Virus record (IMG/VR): IMGVR_UViG_2585428004_000001 | Span: 1 to 64,000 of that record | Length of the DNA stretch: 64,000 nt | Source: a virus | Lineage: Duplodnaviria; Caudoviricetes | Reading direction: 5' to 3' (one strand) | Shown here: piece after piece, positions 39,414-49,526 of the stretch | Position numbering within the stretch: position 1 is the stretch's first letter | How the letters are laid out: each line of letters opens with the position of its first letter | The notes under the pieces: generated by a model | What the model was told of the DNA's origin: nothing | Database searches by the model: none | Seen by the model: only the letters and a program-made list of their open reading frames with translations | Position numbers and translations under genes: made by a program

Positions 39414-40682
39414 ATGGCACGTTTAACATATCAGCAGTTAGAGTTAATAAAGGAAAAGATGAACGTTAAGCAAATTTGGAGTTTTAGTAAGATGAGTACA
39501 TTCTCACAGTGTACTTGGGCGTACTTTTTACGTTATATCCAAAAGATTCGTGTGAAAGGTGACAACTGCTATACAGTATGGGGAACAAACTCCCATGATA
39601 TCATACAGGGATTCTATGAAGATGAGTTTACTTATGAAGGCATGCTAGTTGAATTGGAGCAGAGAATCCTTGATTATCTAATGGCAGATGATAAGAAGCT
39701 TAAGTTCCCAAATGATAGTGAATGGGAATCATATATTGCTAACATTCGACATTACTTCACTAATACAGAAGTAATTCCATACAAGGTTGTAAATGAGAAG
39801 CCAGTATTAGCAGAATTCAAAGGTATTGAGAAGTATATCTTCCAAGGCTACATAGACTCCGAATATTATGACGAACAGAATAACTTTGTAATCCTTGATT
39901 ATAAAACATCTTCTATGAGCGGATTTACAGGCAAGAAGTTAATTGAGAAGGCTCAACAGCTTATCATCTATGCATTTGGTGTTAGTAAGTTCCGTAAGAT
40001 TCCTATGGAGAAGATTCGAATCAGATACGATATGATGAAATACTGCAATGTAACATTCATGCAGAAGAATGGAAAAGAGAAGACTTCAAAAGCTGAACGT
40101 AGACTTTGGGTTGCTCATATGGCTAATCAAATTCGAAAAGACCTTCAAGATGTTCCAAAAGAGATTGAGAAGGTTAATAAGGAGATTGCCAAGCTTGAGA
40201 GAAAACTTAATCTAAAGAAGACTACAGAAGAAGAGAAGCCTGCTATCAATGCACTAATTGAAGTAGAGAAGCAGAAGATTGTAGAGATAGAGAAGGATTT
40301 ATTCGATGTAGTTACTATTGATGATATGATTACAACGGCTATCAATGAGAATAACTTAGATAACATGCCTCCATTTGTTAAGAATAAGTATAAAGTTGGC
40401 AATTGCTATATTGATGTTGAATTAACACCAGAGGTTCTTGAAGAGGTGGAATCTCAAATTGTTGATACATTAAACAAAATCATTAAAAAAACTGAAGCGG
40501 AGAATCATGAAGAGGCGTTTACCAGAGGTAAAATCGAGAACAGTGATTCATACTACTGTGTGAATCTTTGTGATATGAGAGACCACTGTAAGTTCTATAA
40601 AGAGTTCAAAGAGCATAATGCTATGTTCTTAGAGAAGGAAGCGCCAAGTGACGAGCAAATCCTTGCTATGCTAGGTTTATAG
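39414..40682 (+). CDS. PD-(D/E)XK (RecB/Cas4-like) nuclease
   Basis: WSFS...C, GYID...ILDYKT, QL..Y, C-terminal C..LC...C. Confidence 0.8.
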   Translation: MARLTYQQLELIKEKMNVKQIWSFSKMSTFSQCTWAYFLRYIQKIRVKGDNCYTVWGTNSHDIIQGFYEDEFTYEGMLVELEQRILDYLMADDKKLKFPNDSEWESYIANIRHYFTNTEVIPYKVVNEKPVLAEFKGIEKYIFQGYIDSEYYDEQNNFVILDYKTSSMSGFTGKKLIEKAQQLIIYAFGVSKFRKIPMEKIRIRYDMMKYCNVTFMQKNGKEKTSKAERRLWVAHMANQIRKDLQDVPKEIEKVNKEIAKLERKLNLKKTTEEEKPAINALIEVEKQKIVEIEKDLFDVVTIDDMITTAINENNLDNMPPFVKNKYKVGNCYIDVELTPEVLEEVESQIVDTLNKIIKKTEAENHEEAFTRGKIENSDSYYCVNLCDMRDHCKFYKEFKEHNAMFLEKEAPSDEQILAMLGL

Positions 40683-40689
40683 TGAGATT

Positions 40690-40717
40690 AAGACGTAGAT
40701 TTTTCTACGTCTTTTTG
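40690..40717 (+). terminator. Intrinsic terminator
   Basis: AAGACGTAGA-ttt-TCTACGTCTT-TTT. Confidence 0.75.
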
Positions 40718-40759
40718 CTATAATATAAGGCAACAGGATAGTCTTGAGGAGTTGGAGTC

Positions 40760-40840
40760 ATGAAGAGATGGCAAAGGGTTTTGTTTATCACTGCGATGCT
40801 AGTTGTAGGGATGATACTAGGCGCATCTGGTACGGTCTAA
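40760..40840 (+). CDS. 26-aa hydrophobic peptide in its own transcription unit
   Basis: TGcTATAAT upstream, GAGGAG/GGAG RBS, MKRWQRVLFITAMLVVGMILGASGTV, then a TACGG..CCGTA stem and T tract. Confidence 0.5.
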   Translation: MKRWQRVLFITAMLVVGMILGASGTV

Positions 40841-40937
40841 ACAGCCGTATATTTTTTAAAAAAGATTAAACAAAACCATTGCAATCTAATGGACTCCATG
40901 TTAAGATTACTTATGTAGTAAAGAGGAGGTAATAAAC

Positions 40938-41420
40938 ATGGCAGTAGATAAATTGGAACGTGTGAAAGAGGAAGCGTATCATACTAAAAGTAATCCATTA
41001 GGATATGAAACGTCTCTTATGGATAAAAAGGATTTTGATTATCTTGTAGAGCAGGCTGAGAAGGTCGCTAAGTTAGAATCAGAGATTCAACAGTTGAAAA
41101 CAACGGTTAAAGGCTCTGAGGATGCTTCTCGTCTCGATGATTTAGCGAAGGAGAATGAGCATTTAAGAAATTCTCTTCGAAGAATAAAGGGTAGGAGTAG
41201 TCTTATTGGTAAAGAGATTAAGAACTTCTATTGCAATGGCTATTTTGGAAGGCGATACGACCTAGAATGCAGTATTATTATGGAGGTTGGCATTGACCAT
41301 ATCAAAATCAGAACAACAAGTGGTGAATTTCTCGTCACAAGTTTTGATGGTGATTGGGATGAATATACCGATAAGATGATTGCAGAATGGATAGGGGAGG
41401 TAGAAGATGAAGGTCTGTGA
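40938..41420 (+). CDS. Hypothetical protein
   Basis: RBS GAGGAGG; boxed promoter TTGCAA-17-TAAGAT. Confidence 0.75.
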   Translation: MAVDKLERVKEEAYHTKSNPLGYETSLMDKKDFDYLVEQAEKVAKLESEIQQLKTTVKGSEDASRLDDLAKENEHLRNSLRRIKGRSSLIGKEIKNFYCNGYFGRRYDLECSIIMEVGIDHIKIRTTSGEFLVTSFDGDWDEYTDKMIAEWIGEVEDEGL

Positions 41421-42237
41421 AGTCTGCGGTGCAACTAGTGAAGAGAAAGTGATTGTAAGCGGAAGAAAGTACAGCCATTCTTTTCTTTGTAAAAGACACT
41501 ATAATCAGTACAGTAATTATGGAAAAATAACTGATGTAAACAAAGATAAGTTAAGAGAAGCGAGACAGTGTAGTGTCTGTGGAAAAGACGAGAGTGCAAG
41601 TAAAGTGTTCAAGGGAGATAAGTTTGGATACAAGTATCTTTGCAAGAAGCATTACGACCAGATGAGTGTTTACGGTAAGATACTAGAACGCACCTCTGAC
41701 TCACAATATACCAACAGTGAAATTAAAACTGACGAAGATACAGTCTATATAACATTGAAGAACAGAAGGTATGAAAAGATTGGCACAGCGATGGTAGACA
41801 TTAAAGACCTAAGTGCCGTTAAAGATAAAAGATGGTCTATGAATAAGGACGGATATGTTGTAACTAGGGTAAGCGGTGAATTAAAATTTCTTCACCATAT
41901 AATCGCAAATCCTAGCTCTATAAAAAACATTGTAGTTGACCATGAGGATAGAAATAAATTAAACAACAAGCGAAGTAACCTTAGGGTTATTGAGAAACAG
42001 AAGAATCACATGAATCATAGTGGTTATAAAAATAACAAGTCTGGATTCACTGGAGTAAGTCAGAATAAGAAAAATGGAAAGTGGATTGCTAGAATTCACA
42101 TCAATAAAAAACCAACTCAGATTGGGACGTTTGATAAAATTGATGATGCAATAGAAGCTAGGTTAAAAGCAGAACTAGAGCATTATGGAAAAGAATTCGC
42201 TCCTCAAAGACATCTATTTGAGAAGTATGGTATATAA
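41407..42237 (+). CDS. HNH-AP2 homing endonuclease
   Basis: VDHEDRNKLNNKRSNLR; SGFTGV..KWIARI AP2 domain; tandem C..C/C..HY repeats. Confidence 0.88.
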   Translation: MKVCEVCGATSEEKVIVSGRKYSHSFLCKRHYNQYSNYGKITDVNKDKLREARQCSVCGKDESASKVFKGDKFGYKYLCKKHYDQMSVYGKILERTSDSQYTNSEIKTDEDTVYITLKNRRYEKIGTAMVDIKDLSAVKDKRWSMNKDGYVVTRVSGELKFLHHIIANPSSIKNIVVDHEDRNKLNNKRSNLRVIEKQKNHMNHSGYKNNKSGFTGVSQNKKNGKWIARIHINKKPTQIGTFDKIDDAIEARLKAELEHYGKEFAPQRHLFEKYGI

Positions 42238-42247
42238 GGAGGAAGTT

Positions 42248-45200
42248 ATGAGCGTATATACAGCTATACATTTACATACAGACCTTAGTAATCAGTCGAT
42301 GGTTGAGGTTGTAAATAATTATAAACAGTATATCGATAAGGCAGTGGACATGGGTATGCACTCCATCGCCTTTACGGAACACGGCAATGTTTTATCACAT
42401 TATAACAAGAAGATGTATGCTGAAAAGAATGGACTTAAATATCTTCATGGTTGTGAAATTTACGTCACTATGACGTTAGAAGAAAAGGTTCGTGACAACT
42501 TCCATATGGTGTTACTTGCTCGTAATTTCGAAGGTTTTAAAGAGTTGAATAAGATGGTTTCTACCGCCTTTAATAGAAAGGGTAATTCTTATTACTATAG
42601 TCCTCGTATCTCTTGGGAAGATATCAAGAATACATCTGACAACATCATTATTTCGACAGCATGTCTTGGTGGAGTTATCTGGCAGTTACATAAGAATCGA
42701 ACAGGTAGCGCTAATTCACAAGTGATGCTTGCAGAAGTGGTTCAATGGATGACAGAGAATAAGCATAGAGTGTTCCTTGAAGTCCAACCACATTACCATG
42801 TTGAGCAGATTCAATACAATAAGATGCTACTGAATATCTCTGAGAGAACAGGTATTAGACTAGTAGCAGGTTCTGATACACATGCTTTAAATCCAGAGTA
42901 TGACAAGGCTCGTAAAGTCTTACAGAAGGCTAAGCGAATCAAGTTTACAGATGAAGATAGTTTTGATTTAAGCTTCCATTCATATGATAGAATGGTAGAG
43001 ATGTTCAAACGACAAAGTATCTTTACAGAGGCTCAGATTCATGAAGCATTACAGAACACAAATGTTATTGCTGATATGGTAGAGCCATGGGAGATAGATT
43101 ACAGCAAGAAGTATCCTAAGTTATACGACAATCCAGAGGAAGTGTTCCAGAAGAAGATTTCAGAAGGTATTGTTAAACGAGGAATCGACAAGCTACCCAA
43201 TCATGAGAAGATTGTTTATGCAGAGCGAATTCAGCATGAACTGGAAGTATACAAAGCCAATGAAGCGATAAATTATATGCTTCTTGAAGATGACGTTAAG
43301 TCATATGCTCGTAGTAAAGGCGTTCGTTATGGATTTGGTCGTGGCTCAGTAAGTGGAAGTATCATTGCTTATCTAATGGAAATTACTCATATGAACTCAA
43401 TTGACCGAAAGTTAAACTTTGCACGATTCATGAGTAAAGAGCGTATCTCTCTAGCAGATATCGACACTGACTTTCCACCATCACAAAGACCAATTGTACA
43501 GGATTACTTGTTAAACCATCCTAAGTTGCACTGTGCGAAGATTATCACTTATAACAAAATTGAGTTACTTGGTGCAATTCGAGATGTTGGTCGAGGACTT
43601 GATATGTCGTTAAATGAAGTAGATGATATTGCAAAAGGTATAGAAGAAAGCGAACAGTATTATCGTGACAAATACCCAGAGTTATTCTACTATGTAGACT
43701 TAATCCAAGGTACAATTGTGAGTATAGGAGCGCATGCCTGTGGTATTGCTGTATCTCCAATTCCTCTAGATGAGAACATGGGGTTAATCACAGTAATCGA
43801 TAATAAAACAAAAGAGCCTGTTACACTTACTCAAATCAATATGAAGGAAATCGATGCTCAGAACTTCGTAAAGCTTGATATCCTTGGTCTTGATACAGTA
43901 GAGACAATCAGTAACACAGTTGATTTAGCAGGGTTAAAATGGGAAGATATCCTTCCAGAGAACATCGATACAGAAGATGAAAAGGTTTGGAACAGCGTTA
44001 TTGACGATAACATTGGTATCTTCCAGTGGGAGTCAGACTTTGCTCATCAAATCTATAAAGATTTGTTCTCAAACGAAACCATTGCAAAAATCAAAGCGGT
44101 GCATCCTAAGTTCTCATACATGGACTTATTCTCACTAGGGAATGCAATCCTTCGTCCTGCAGGCGCTTCGTATCGTGATTCTGTGGTACAAGGTGAGTTC
44201 TATGACAATGGTCATGAAGCATTGAATAAATTCCTTGCTCCAACACTAGGGCGACTTGCATATCAAGAGCAAATCATCGACTTCTTAGTTCAGTTCTGTG
44301 GCTATAGCGGTGGTGAGGCTGACTTAGTAAGACGTGGTATTGGTAAGAAGGACAAGGCATTGCTAGACACATTGATTCCAGAAATCAAGGCAAGATTCAT
44401 ATCTAGTATGATTAAGAGATATCAGACTCGTAATGTGGTAGCTGAACAAATCTCTGAGCCATTCATTCAAGTAATCTTAGATGCTTCCAACTATGGATTC
44501 TCTATCAATCACTCAGATGCTTACTCAGCAATGGGATATGTTATGGCATGGTTACGATACTACTATCCATTAGAGTTCATCACAGCAAACCTAAATGTAA
44601 ACATTGGTAAGCAAGATAAGACTACTAAGCTAGTAGAGTTTGCGAAGTCAAAAGGTATAGCATTGAATGGTATCAAGTTCAGATACTCTCGTTCTGGATA
44701 CATGTTTGATAAAGATACAAACTCAATCTACCAAGGTATTGAGCCGATTAAGTACCTCAACTCTGCTATGGCTGATGGGCTATATGAGTTAAGAGACAGA
44801 GAGTATGAAAGCTTCATTGACCTGCTTATTGATATCAAGGATGGTACAAGAACTGTAGACTTGGCATCTTTAACAGAAGAAGAAGTTACTGCAGATGATT
44901 GGGATGTTTATGCAACAGGTGAAGAGCCTCCAACTATAACAGTACATCATGTAGACTTTGGCAATGCTAAATCAATTGGCTACAAAGAGTTTCTTTTACA
45001 AGACTTGTCCAAGGAAGAACTGAAGGAATTGAACAAGTTAGAGAAGCATGGTGGAGTTAGATATGTTGGAACACCAGTAGCAATCAACTCACGTCAAATG
45101 CAAATCTTAATAGCACTTAACTTCTTTAGTGAGTTTGGTGGCAATAGAAAACTTCTTAAGATATTTGAATTCTTTGAGAAGACTTATAGCCCTAAACATA

Positions 45201-45625
45201 AGCTAAAGACTAAGAGAGAGCGTTATACAAAAACATTGCAATTTGAGCAAGATACGATTGATGAAAGCTTATCACTGGTAGAACAGTGTACATCAGAATT
45301 AGAGTTCCTTGGTCATATTGAGACAATCAATGCAGAGATGCCTGCGAATATCTTAATCATGACAGAGGTATTGAAGCATAAGACATATACTCGTGCCAAG
45401 GCGTACCAGTTCTCAACAGGGGAGACAAGAGAGTTTAAAATGGGTAGCAGAATCTATGCTCAAGTACCATTTGAAGAGCGTGATGTTATCCAGATTGTAA
45501 ATGCCGATGTCAAACCAAAGAATAAGAAAATCAATGGTCACTGGCAACCATCTCCTACAGAGAAGGAAGTATGGCTCAAGGAAATCACGTTTATCAGAAA
45601 GGGAGTAGATAGTAGTGGCGAGTAA
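42248..45625 (+). CDS. dnaE: DNA polymerase III alpha subunit (DnaE; SPbeta YorL-like)
   Basis: PHP domain HLHT/TEHG, GRGS, DIDTD, KLDILGL, YQEQ, YGFS..H. Confidence 0.95.
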   Translation: MSVYTAIHLHTDLSNQSMVEVVNNYKQYIDKAVDMGMHSIAFTEHGNVLSHYNKKMYAEKNGLKYLHGCEIYVTMTLEEKVRDNFHMVLLARNFEGFKELNKMVSTAFNRKGNSYYYSPRISWEDIKNTSDNIIISTACLGGVIWQLHKNRTGSANSQVMLAEVVQWMTENKHRVFLEVQPHYHVEQIQYNKMLLNISERTGIRLVAGSDTHALNPEYDKARKVLQKAKRIKFTDEDSFDLSFHSYDRMVEMFKRQSIFTEAQIHEALQNTNVIADMVEPWEIDYSKKYPKLYDNPEEVFQKKISEGIVKRGIDKLPNHEKIVYAERIQHELEVYKANEAINYMLLEDDVKSYARSKGVRYGFGRGSVSGSIIAYLMEITHMNSIDRKLNFARFMSKERISLADIDTDFPPSQRPIVQDYLLNHPKLHCAKIITYNKIELLGAIRDVGRGLDMSLNEVDDIAKGIEESEQYYRDKYPELFYYVDLIQGTIVSIGAHACGIAVSPIPLDENMGLITVIDNKTKEPVTLTQINMKEIDAQNFVKLDILGLDTVETISNTVDLAGLKWEDILPENIDTEDEKVWNSVIDDNIGIFQWESDFAHQIYKDLFSNETIAKIKAVHPKFSYMDLFSLGNAILRPAGASYRDSVVQGEFYDNGHEALNKFLAPTLGRLAYQEQIIDFLVQFCGYSGGEADLVRRGIGKKDKALLDTLIPEIKARFISSMIKRYQTRNVVAEQISEPFIQVILDASNYGFSINHSDAYSAMGYVMAWLRYYYPLEFITANLNVNIGKQDKTTKLVEFAKSKGIALNGIKFRYSRSGYMFDKDTNSIYQGIEPIKYLNSAMADGLYELRDREYESFIDLLIDIKDGTRTVDLASLTEEEVTADDWDVYATGEEPPTITVHHVDFGNAKSIGYKEFLLQDLSKEELKELNKLEKHGGVRYVGTPVAINSRQMQILIALNFFSEFGGNRKLLKIFEFFEKTYSPKHKLKTKRERYTKTLQFEQDTIDESLSLVEQCTSELEFLGHIETINAEMPANILIMTEVLKHKTYTRAKAYQFSTGETREFKMGSRIYAQVPFEERDVIQIVNADVKPKNKKINGHWQPSPTEKEVWLKEITFIRKGVDSSGE

Positions 45626-45866
45626 AAAGAGACCTGTTATGTTTATCCCATCTAACTTTACAGTTGCAGAGAAAGTTAGAATTAGCTTTGAAGACTGCAA
45701 TATCAAAATGCACGATGGCATTGAAATGCTATATGCAAACATGTACAAAGACCATTTTGAAGGTGACCTTTACTATAAAGGTTGGGATATCTATACCGAA
45801 GATAACCCAGTAGTATTTTTAGACAAAATTGAATCAGTTATTTTACAGGAGGAACGATTAGTATGA
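45615..45866 (+). CDS. Hypothetical protein
   Basis: Coupled to the end of dnaE. Confidence 0.65.
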   Translation: MASKKRPVMFIPSNFTVAEKVRISFEDCNIKMHDGIEMLYANMYKDHFEGDLYYKGWDIYTEDNPVVFLDKIESVILQEERLV

Positions 45867-46198
45867 CAACTAAAACAATTACATTATCAGAGAAGAGATT
45901 TGAAGAAATCAAAAAAGGCACAGTATTAAAGTTTGAAAATGACTTGTTTATCGTAGCAGAAATTGAAGGTGCTAAAAACGTAGACCCTGTCAACGATGCT
46001 TTATTTAGTCCAAGTTCTATTAGAAGCACACCATATTTCAGACAAGAGCGAGTGGAGGCTAAGTACAACTTAGTAAGCTTTATGAGTGGTTCTCGATTCT
46101 ATGGTGAAAACACTTCTTTACAAGAACTTATTCGAAAAATCACCAATCGTACTCGTAAGTTTCAAGTAGTAGATAAAATTGAATTTATCGAAGGTTAA
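45863..46198 (+). CDS. Hypothetical protein
   Basis: RBS AGGAGG. Confidence 0.7.
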   Translation: MTTKTITLSEKRFEEIKKGTVLKFENDLFIVAEIEGAKNVDPVNDALFSPSSIRSTPYFRQERVEAKYNLVSFMSGSRFYGENTSLQELIRKITNRTRKFQVVDKIEFIEG

Positions 46199-46250
46199 AC
46201 AAATCCATTAAGATATAATATTAAACAAAACCATTGCAAAGGGGATAGTT

Positions 46251-47171
46251 ATGAATACAGCAGACCTGCAGTACAACGGCATTATTAAAGAGATTATAGA
46301 GAATGGCAAATGGGATAAGGATGTGAGAGCAAAGTGGGCTGACGGCTCACCTGCTCCCACTAAGTCCATTCTGAATGTATCAATGACATTTGATAATGGT
46401 TCAGATATTCCATTAATTACTTCAAAGAGAGTCGCTGTTAAATCAGCACTGGTTGAAATGTTTTGGATTTGGCTTAAGAAGTCCAATGTTGTCCAATATC
46501 TTCGTGATATGGGTTCAACGATTTGGGATGAATGGGAGAAGCCAGATGGCACAATCGGACGTGCGTACGGATGGCAATTAGCCAATAAGCGCAGAAAGGT
46601 TAAGGCAGATGAACTATTCTTTGAAATGTGGAATAATGGCGAAATATCAAGTGCTATTCCTATCTTTGAAAAAGACGATAAACCATTTACTCATGTAATG
46701 CTAGACCAAGTAGACTATCTTCTTTACATCCTTAAGAAGAATCCTTATTCACGAAGAATTAAGACTACTCTATGGTGTGTAGAAGACTTAGATGACATGG
46801 CTTTAGAGCCTTGTGTGTATGAAACTCACTGGCAATTATGGGATGATAAGTTACATCTTACAGTCAATATTCGCAGTAATGATATGGCTCTAGGCAATCC
46901 ATTTAATATCTATCAATATGCAATTCTACATCGAATGATTGCACAAGTAACTGGTTATAAGGTTGGTACAATCCACTTCAATATTGACAATGCTCATATC
47001 TATGACAGACACCTTGAAGCGTTAGAAGGGCAATTAGAGATGCCTACATTTGAAGTCCCAGATATCTGGATTAACCCAGAGGTTACAAGCTTCTATAAAT
47101 TCACTGTAGATGATGTGAAGGTAATAGATTACAAGCATGGTGAGACAATCAGAATGGAGGTAGCTATCTGA
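46251..47171 (+). CDS. thyA: Thymidylate synthase
   Basis: IWDEW, YGWQ, MALEPC, RSND..LG.PFN, HIYD.H. Confidence 0.96.
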   Translation: MNTADLQYNGIIKEIIENGKWDKDVRAKWADGSPAPTKSILNVSMTFDNGSDIPLITSKRVAVKSALVEMFWIWLKKSNVVQYLRDMGSTIWDEWEKPDGTIGRAYGWQLANKRRKVKADELFFEMWNNGEISSAIPIFEKDDKPFTHVMLDQVDYLLYILKKNPYSRRIKTTLWCVEDLDDMALEPCVYETHWQLWDDKLHLTVNIRSNDMALGNPFNIYQYAILHRMIAQVTGYKVGTIHFNIDNAHIYDRHLEALEGQLEMPTFEVPDIWINPEVTSFYKFTVDDVKVIDYKHGETIRMEVAI

Positions 47172-48211
47172 TGATTAAGATGATAGCTTGTGTAGACAGC
47201 AATATGGGAATTGGCAAGGATAATGAACTCCTTGTCCATCTCCCAGAAGACCTAAAGCATTTCAAAGAAACAACTACTGGAAGAGTATGTATCTTTGGTA
47301 GAACAACATTTGAATCACTGCCTATCAAGCCACTTCCAAATAGAAAGAACGTTGTACTAACAAGAGACAAGGACTTCTCTCATATAGGATGCAAGACAGT
47401 TCACAGCGTTGAAGAAGTAATTCAATTATCAAAGACTACTGATGTGTTTATATGTGGTGGAGCAAATGTATATAAGCAATTTATGCCACATGTTGATGAA
47501 TTAATTATCTCTCATATGAAAGCTAGTTTTGATGCTGATACATTCTTTCCAGATATAGATAAATCTATATGGGAAGATTACGATTCTGAAAGCATAGTCG
47601 ATAAAGTAGAATTTGAGATTGTTAAATACCGTAGAAAATCAAATAACCCAGAAAGAGGTAAGTCTATGACAATTACAACAGCAGATATTAAAGGAAAATC
47701 AATTAAGGAGTTAGTTATGGAACACGGAGAGAAAGCAGTATTAGAGGCAGTGTCACAGAAGATTCGTGGATTTGAAGTAGTGAAAGATGAGCATCGTAAG
47801 AATAAAGGCGTAGAGATTCAAAAGCCAAAAAGAGGAACTAGTCGCAGTGCAGGATATGACTTCTTCTCACCTATAGATGTTACGATTGGGGTCGGAGAAC
47901 AGAAGATGATTTGGTTAGATGTAAAGGCTTATATGCAGTCGAATGAGGTTCTTTTAATAGATGTTCGTTCTTCTCAAGGTAAACCAAGAATTCGTCTGGC
48001 AAATACGATTGGAGTTATCGATTCTGACTACTACGGAAATGTAAAGAACGATGGTAACATTGGTATCATGTTAGAGAATCATGGCTCTCAACCATATGTA
48101 ATTAAAACTGGCGATAGAATCGCCCAAGGCATCTTCACTGTCTATCTAGTTGCAGATGAAGACGAGTGCATCAACGAGACACGAAAGGGTGGCTACGGCT
48201 CTACTAACTAG
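47171..48211 (+). CDS. Dihydrofolate reductase-dUTPase in-frame fusion (internal dUTPase start at 47666)
   Basis: DHFR: IGKDN.L..HLPEDL..F, GRTTFES, GGA, DTFFP. dUTPase: SAGYD, RSS, GVIDSDY, GDRIAQ, RKGGYGST. Confidence 0.88.
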   Translation: MIKMIACVDSNMGIGKDNELLVHLPEDLKHFKETTTGRVCIFGRTTFESLPIKPLPNRKNVVLTRDKDFSHIGCKTVHSVEEVIQLSKTTDVFICGGANVYKQFMPHVDELIISHMKASFDADTFFPDIDKSIWEDYDSESIVDKVEFEIVKYRRKSNNPERGKSMTITTADIKGKSIKELVMEHGEKAVLEAVSQKIRGFEVVKDEHRKNKGVEIQKPKRGTSRSAGYDFFSPIDVTIGVGEQKMIWLDVKAYMQSNEVLLIDVRSSQGKPRIRLANTIGVIDSDYYGNVKNDGNIGIMLENHGSQPYVIKTGDRIAQGIFTVYLVADEDECINETRKGGYGSTN

Positions 48212-48220
48212 TATTAACTT

Positions 48221-48252
48221 CAAAGACTATGTCGAAATGGCATAGTCTTTTT
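48221..48252 (+). terminator. Intrinsic terminator
   Basis: AAAGACTATGTC-gaaat-GGCATAGTCTTT-TT. Confidence 0.75.
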
Positions 48253-48463
48253 CAATATATTTGTTGACTTATCAAATCTACTGTATTACTATATAAGTGT
48301 TACAGTAAATGGATAAAAGAGGGAAGTTATGAAGGTTAAAAGGTGCTAAAAGGATAGCAGTAGAATATGCTTTCATGTTTGATGGCACAAATGCTACACT
48401 AAGCAATCTAAGAATGAGCGTTGATGAAGCAATGGATATTATGAGAGATAAGGGGTGTCGTTA

Positions 48464-48850
48464 ATGTACTGGTATGAATACAGATTAAGAGGATTTAGCC
48501 TTGGCTGTCAGCCAAAGGACTTTGTAGATGTTAATCATGAGCATGGTAGATTTGGAGCAGTAGCTTACAATCGTGAATTAACAGATGAAGAAGTTGAAAG
48601 ATATGAGTTGACTAAGATTGAGCCAAAGGAGAACAAGTTGAAGGTTCTTGCAAAAGAGATGGTCTGGGTTAACGATGAACTAGATAAAGAGAACCTTTAT
48701 GAATGGGATAGAGATGAGTTTAAAAAGAAAGCCGATGAAATTCAAATGAAGGTTATCTCTGGTAATTATAGCATTGATTTATTTATTCAATACATGAATG
48801 AGTATCGAAATTTGAGCCTTGGAGAATACAATGAATGGATTAAAAGCTAA
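48464..48850 (+). CDS. Protein with an N-terminal DarA_C-like domain
   Basis: YWYEYRLRGFSLGCQPK...G.VAY.RELT.EE...YEL. Confidence 0.55.
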   Translation: MYWYEYRLRGFSLGCQPKDFVDVNHEHGRFGAVAYNRELTDEEVERYELTKIEPKENKLKVLAKEMVWVNDELDKENLYEWDRDEFKKKADEIQMKVISGNYSIDLFIQYMNEYRNLSLGEYNEWIKS

Positions 48851-48900
48851 TAAAACTCAGATTTTAATAACTATTAAGCTAAAGGGCAGGAGATGAAATT

Positions 48901-49254
48901 ATGGGAATTTACTATCATGGAACAACTCTTAAAAATAAAGATAATATCATAAGACAAGGGTTTATAATCGGAGAACTCAAATCATCTCACTCAATCGGAA
49001 ATGGCATTTACCTCACAGACTTAAAAGATATGGCGTTAAAGTACGGAGAGGATATTGTAACGGTGGAGATAGATGATAGCAAAATTATTGAGTTTGAAAA
49101 TTATGGTCAGATTCAAAACTATATTTATGAAAAAACAGGGAATATTGAAGTTAAATACTTGAAAAACTGTTTGTTGTCTGACGACAAAATAGGAGTTAAG
49201 CATGAAGATATGGTTGTAATATATGATACACACGAGATTAATATCATTGGATAA
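48901..49254 (+). CDS. Putative ADP-ribosyltransferase-fold protein
   Basis: YYHGT...I...GF...GNGIYLT...A..YG. Confidence 0.5.
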   Translation: MGIYYHGTTLKNKDNIIRQGFIIGELKSSHSIGNGIYLTDLKDMALKYGEDIVTVEIDDSKIIEFENYGQIQNYIYEKTGNIEVKYLKNCLLSDDKIGVKHEDMVVIYDTHEINIIG

Positions 49255-49277
49255 AATATATAAGGAGGACGACACGG

Positions 49278-49454
49278 ATGTATAAGCTGATTGTAACTTA
49301 TAATTCACCAAAGCTAGAAAAGGAAGTTGTAGAAGAATTTACCTTTAAAACAAAAGATGAATTTAATGAAGGTTATAAGGATATTGTGATTCAAAATTAT
49401 AAATTAGGCGTGGAGTATGTGAAATATGATTTTGAGTTCACATTGAAAGTGTGA
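49278..49454 (+). CDS. Small hypothetical protein
   Basis: RBS AAGGAGG; 58 aa. Confidence 0.6.
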   Translation: MYKLIVTYNSPKLEKEVVEEFTFKTKDEFNEGYKDIVIQNYKLGVEYVKYDFEFTLKV

Positions 49455-49526
49455 TTGACATAGTGTGGCTATGATGCTACACTATTGATATTACTTAAAC
49501 AAAACCATTAAAATAGGAGGAGCAAG

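Noticed and set aside
39414-40682. PD-(D/E)XK nuclease as part of a CRISPR-Cas locus
   Set aside because: There are no cas1/cas2 genes or array, and such nucleases are common in phage replication modules.
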